Positions 25,064-26,258 of a DNA stretch of 26,258 nt are shown here, one piece after another. A model generated the notes under the pieces. It saw only the letters and a program-made list of their open reading frames with translations, did no database searches and was not told the origin of the DNA. The DNA is from a virus (Duplodnaviria; Caudoviricetes), in the IMG/VR virus record IMGVR_UViG_3300044723_000445, positions 1 to 26,258 of that record; one strand, 5' to 3'. A program made the position numbers and the translations under genes. The stretch's first letter is position 1, and the number at the start of each line of letters is the position of its first letter.

Positions 25064-26258
25064 CTTTCTTCTGCCTACGGTAGTTTACATCATCTTCCCA
25101 ACTAGGATCATCTGGATGAGTTATATGCCATGACTCTTTCATGTAATGCACTGCCATAGCCAAAGCATCTACCTGATCGTCATGGCGACCATTTGGAAAA
25201 CTTAAAAGTTCTTCTACAAGATCATCTGCCCATTTCTTATTCTTAGGCATCCATAATCTTCCTGCTTCTAATACAGGACTTGCAGCATATACTCTTGCTA
25301 CCTTGTCTCTGTCTGGTGTGTATTCTAGAATAGGCAAGCCACTTCGACGTAAGTCTTGTATAAGTGATTGACCACTGGCTTTCTTTTCTACAATACAAAT
25401 ATCTGGTCTGTATTCTTCGTATAAGCTTTGTGCAATCTTTCTAAGATCAGGATACTCAAATCTTCCTCTGGTATTTCCTAACAGAATAAGATTACTAGCA
25501 ATATATTCTTCTCCTTCATAACTTTCTTCGGGCATCTGAAAGATACCCCACGTTTGAATAACAGAGAAGTCGGCACTGCTCTTTGTAGAGAATGCTGTAT
25601 CTAAAGTTTGTATTACAAAGTCACAAGTAGGGGGATCACTATACTCCCAGTGTTGTATCCACCTTTTCTTGATTATACCACCTTGTTCTGGTGTAGGATT
25701 TTGCATATACAATGAATCCCAATATCTTGATCCATTGCTTGCAATAATCTCTTCTTCATCTACTCGTAATACCTCATCAGGTTTCCACTCAGGAAAATAA
25801 GAACTACCTATAGGAAGTCCTAAAAGTTCTGATGCTTCTTCATCTACCCACGCAGGAATACGAACCACCTCCCATTTATGAGTGGCTTCCATATCCATTA
25901 TTTCTTCTTGCTTTAACAACCAACCACACAAATCATCATGATGGTATCGGGTGTTAATAATAACAATAGCCCCGTTAGGCATAATACGAGTACGCAAACC
26001 AGCAGGATACCATTCCTTAATATACCGCCTACCCGCTTCAGAGAAACTATCTTCTTCTGACATAGCATCATCTAGTATTGCTATGTGTGCTCCACGCCCT
26101 GCAATCTGTGATCTCACACCAGCAGCATAGTAAGTACCGTTAAGGTTTGTTTTCCATTTACCTGCCGCCCGTACATCTGATCTTAGCTGGACATTTGGAA
26201 ATATGTTTTGAAACTGCTCAGTGTTTACCACATCTCTAACTGATCTACCAAAGTCACT
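25044..26258 (-). CDS. terL: Terminase large subunit (5' end outside the window)
   Basis: Frame open to the window edge (SDFGRSVRDVVN). Walker B GRGAHIAILDD, coupling motif TRYHHDDL, LYMQNP, nuclease DTAF, VEKKASG, FPNGRHDDQVDA. Confidence 0.95.
   Translation of the reverse strand, partial: SDFGRSVRDVVNTEQFQNIFPNVQLRSDVRAAGKWKTNLNGTYYAAGVRSQIAGRGAHIAILDDAMSEEDSFSEAGRRYIKEWYPAGLRTRIMPNGAIVIINTRYHHDDLCGWLLKQEEIMDMEATHKWEVVRIPAWVDEEASELLGLPIGSSYFPEWKPDEVLRVDEEEIIASNGSRYWDSLYMQNPTPEQGGIIKKRWIQHWEYSDPPTCDFVIQTLDTAFSTKSSADFSVIQTWGIFQMPEESYEGEEYIASNLILLGNTRGRFEYPDLRKIAQSLYEEYRPDICIVEKKASGQSLIQDLRRSGLPILEYTPDRDKVARVYAASPVLEAGRLWMPKNKKWADDLVEELLSFPNGRHDDQVDALAMAVHYMKESWHITHPDDPSWEDDVNYRRQKKVAYWRV

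Noticed and set aside
1-26258. Stop-codon reassignment, introns/inteins, tRNA genes or integrase
   Set aside because: Genes are intact and tightly packed under the standard code, TAA and TAG both end well-supported genes, the visible terminase, portal and capsid sequences show no obvious intein or intron, and no intergenic gap shows a tRNA-like structure.

Overview
A 26 kb segment of a tailed dsDNA phage genome (Caudoviricetes, podovirus-like architecture) covering most of the virion morphogenesis region. All credible genes are on the minus strand. In transcription order: terminase large subunit (5' end outside the window), membrane protein, long portal, GroES-like co-chaperonin, scaffold, two head-associated genes, major capsid protein with a downstream hairpin, adaptor 1, a PP-loop enzyme, a cluster of small Lys/Arg-rich proteins, adaptor 2, a repeat-containing tail fibre, two paralogous polyglycine adhesin-like proteins, a cupin, a second PP-loop (asparagine synthetase/lasso cyclase-like) enzyme, a second fibre, a nozzle-like protein, and internal virion proteins, one with a T4-lysozyme-like domain. 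I found five ORFs missing from the supplied track and three matching TTGCAY-N17-TATAAT promoters. The best candidates for undescribed biology are: (1) an adhesin + cupin + ATP-dependent amide ligase-like cassette that may post-translationally modify receptor-binding loops; (2) a shared hydrophobic-x-x-Gly-Gly motif and an RGCGxAxRG tail in basic and internal proteins, possibly a capsid-targeting or processing signal; (3) a 33-aa basic peptide whose N-terminus resembles that of the capsid protein. All calls come from motif recognition by eye; no searches were run.
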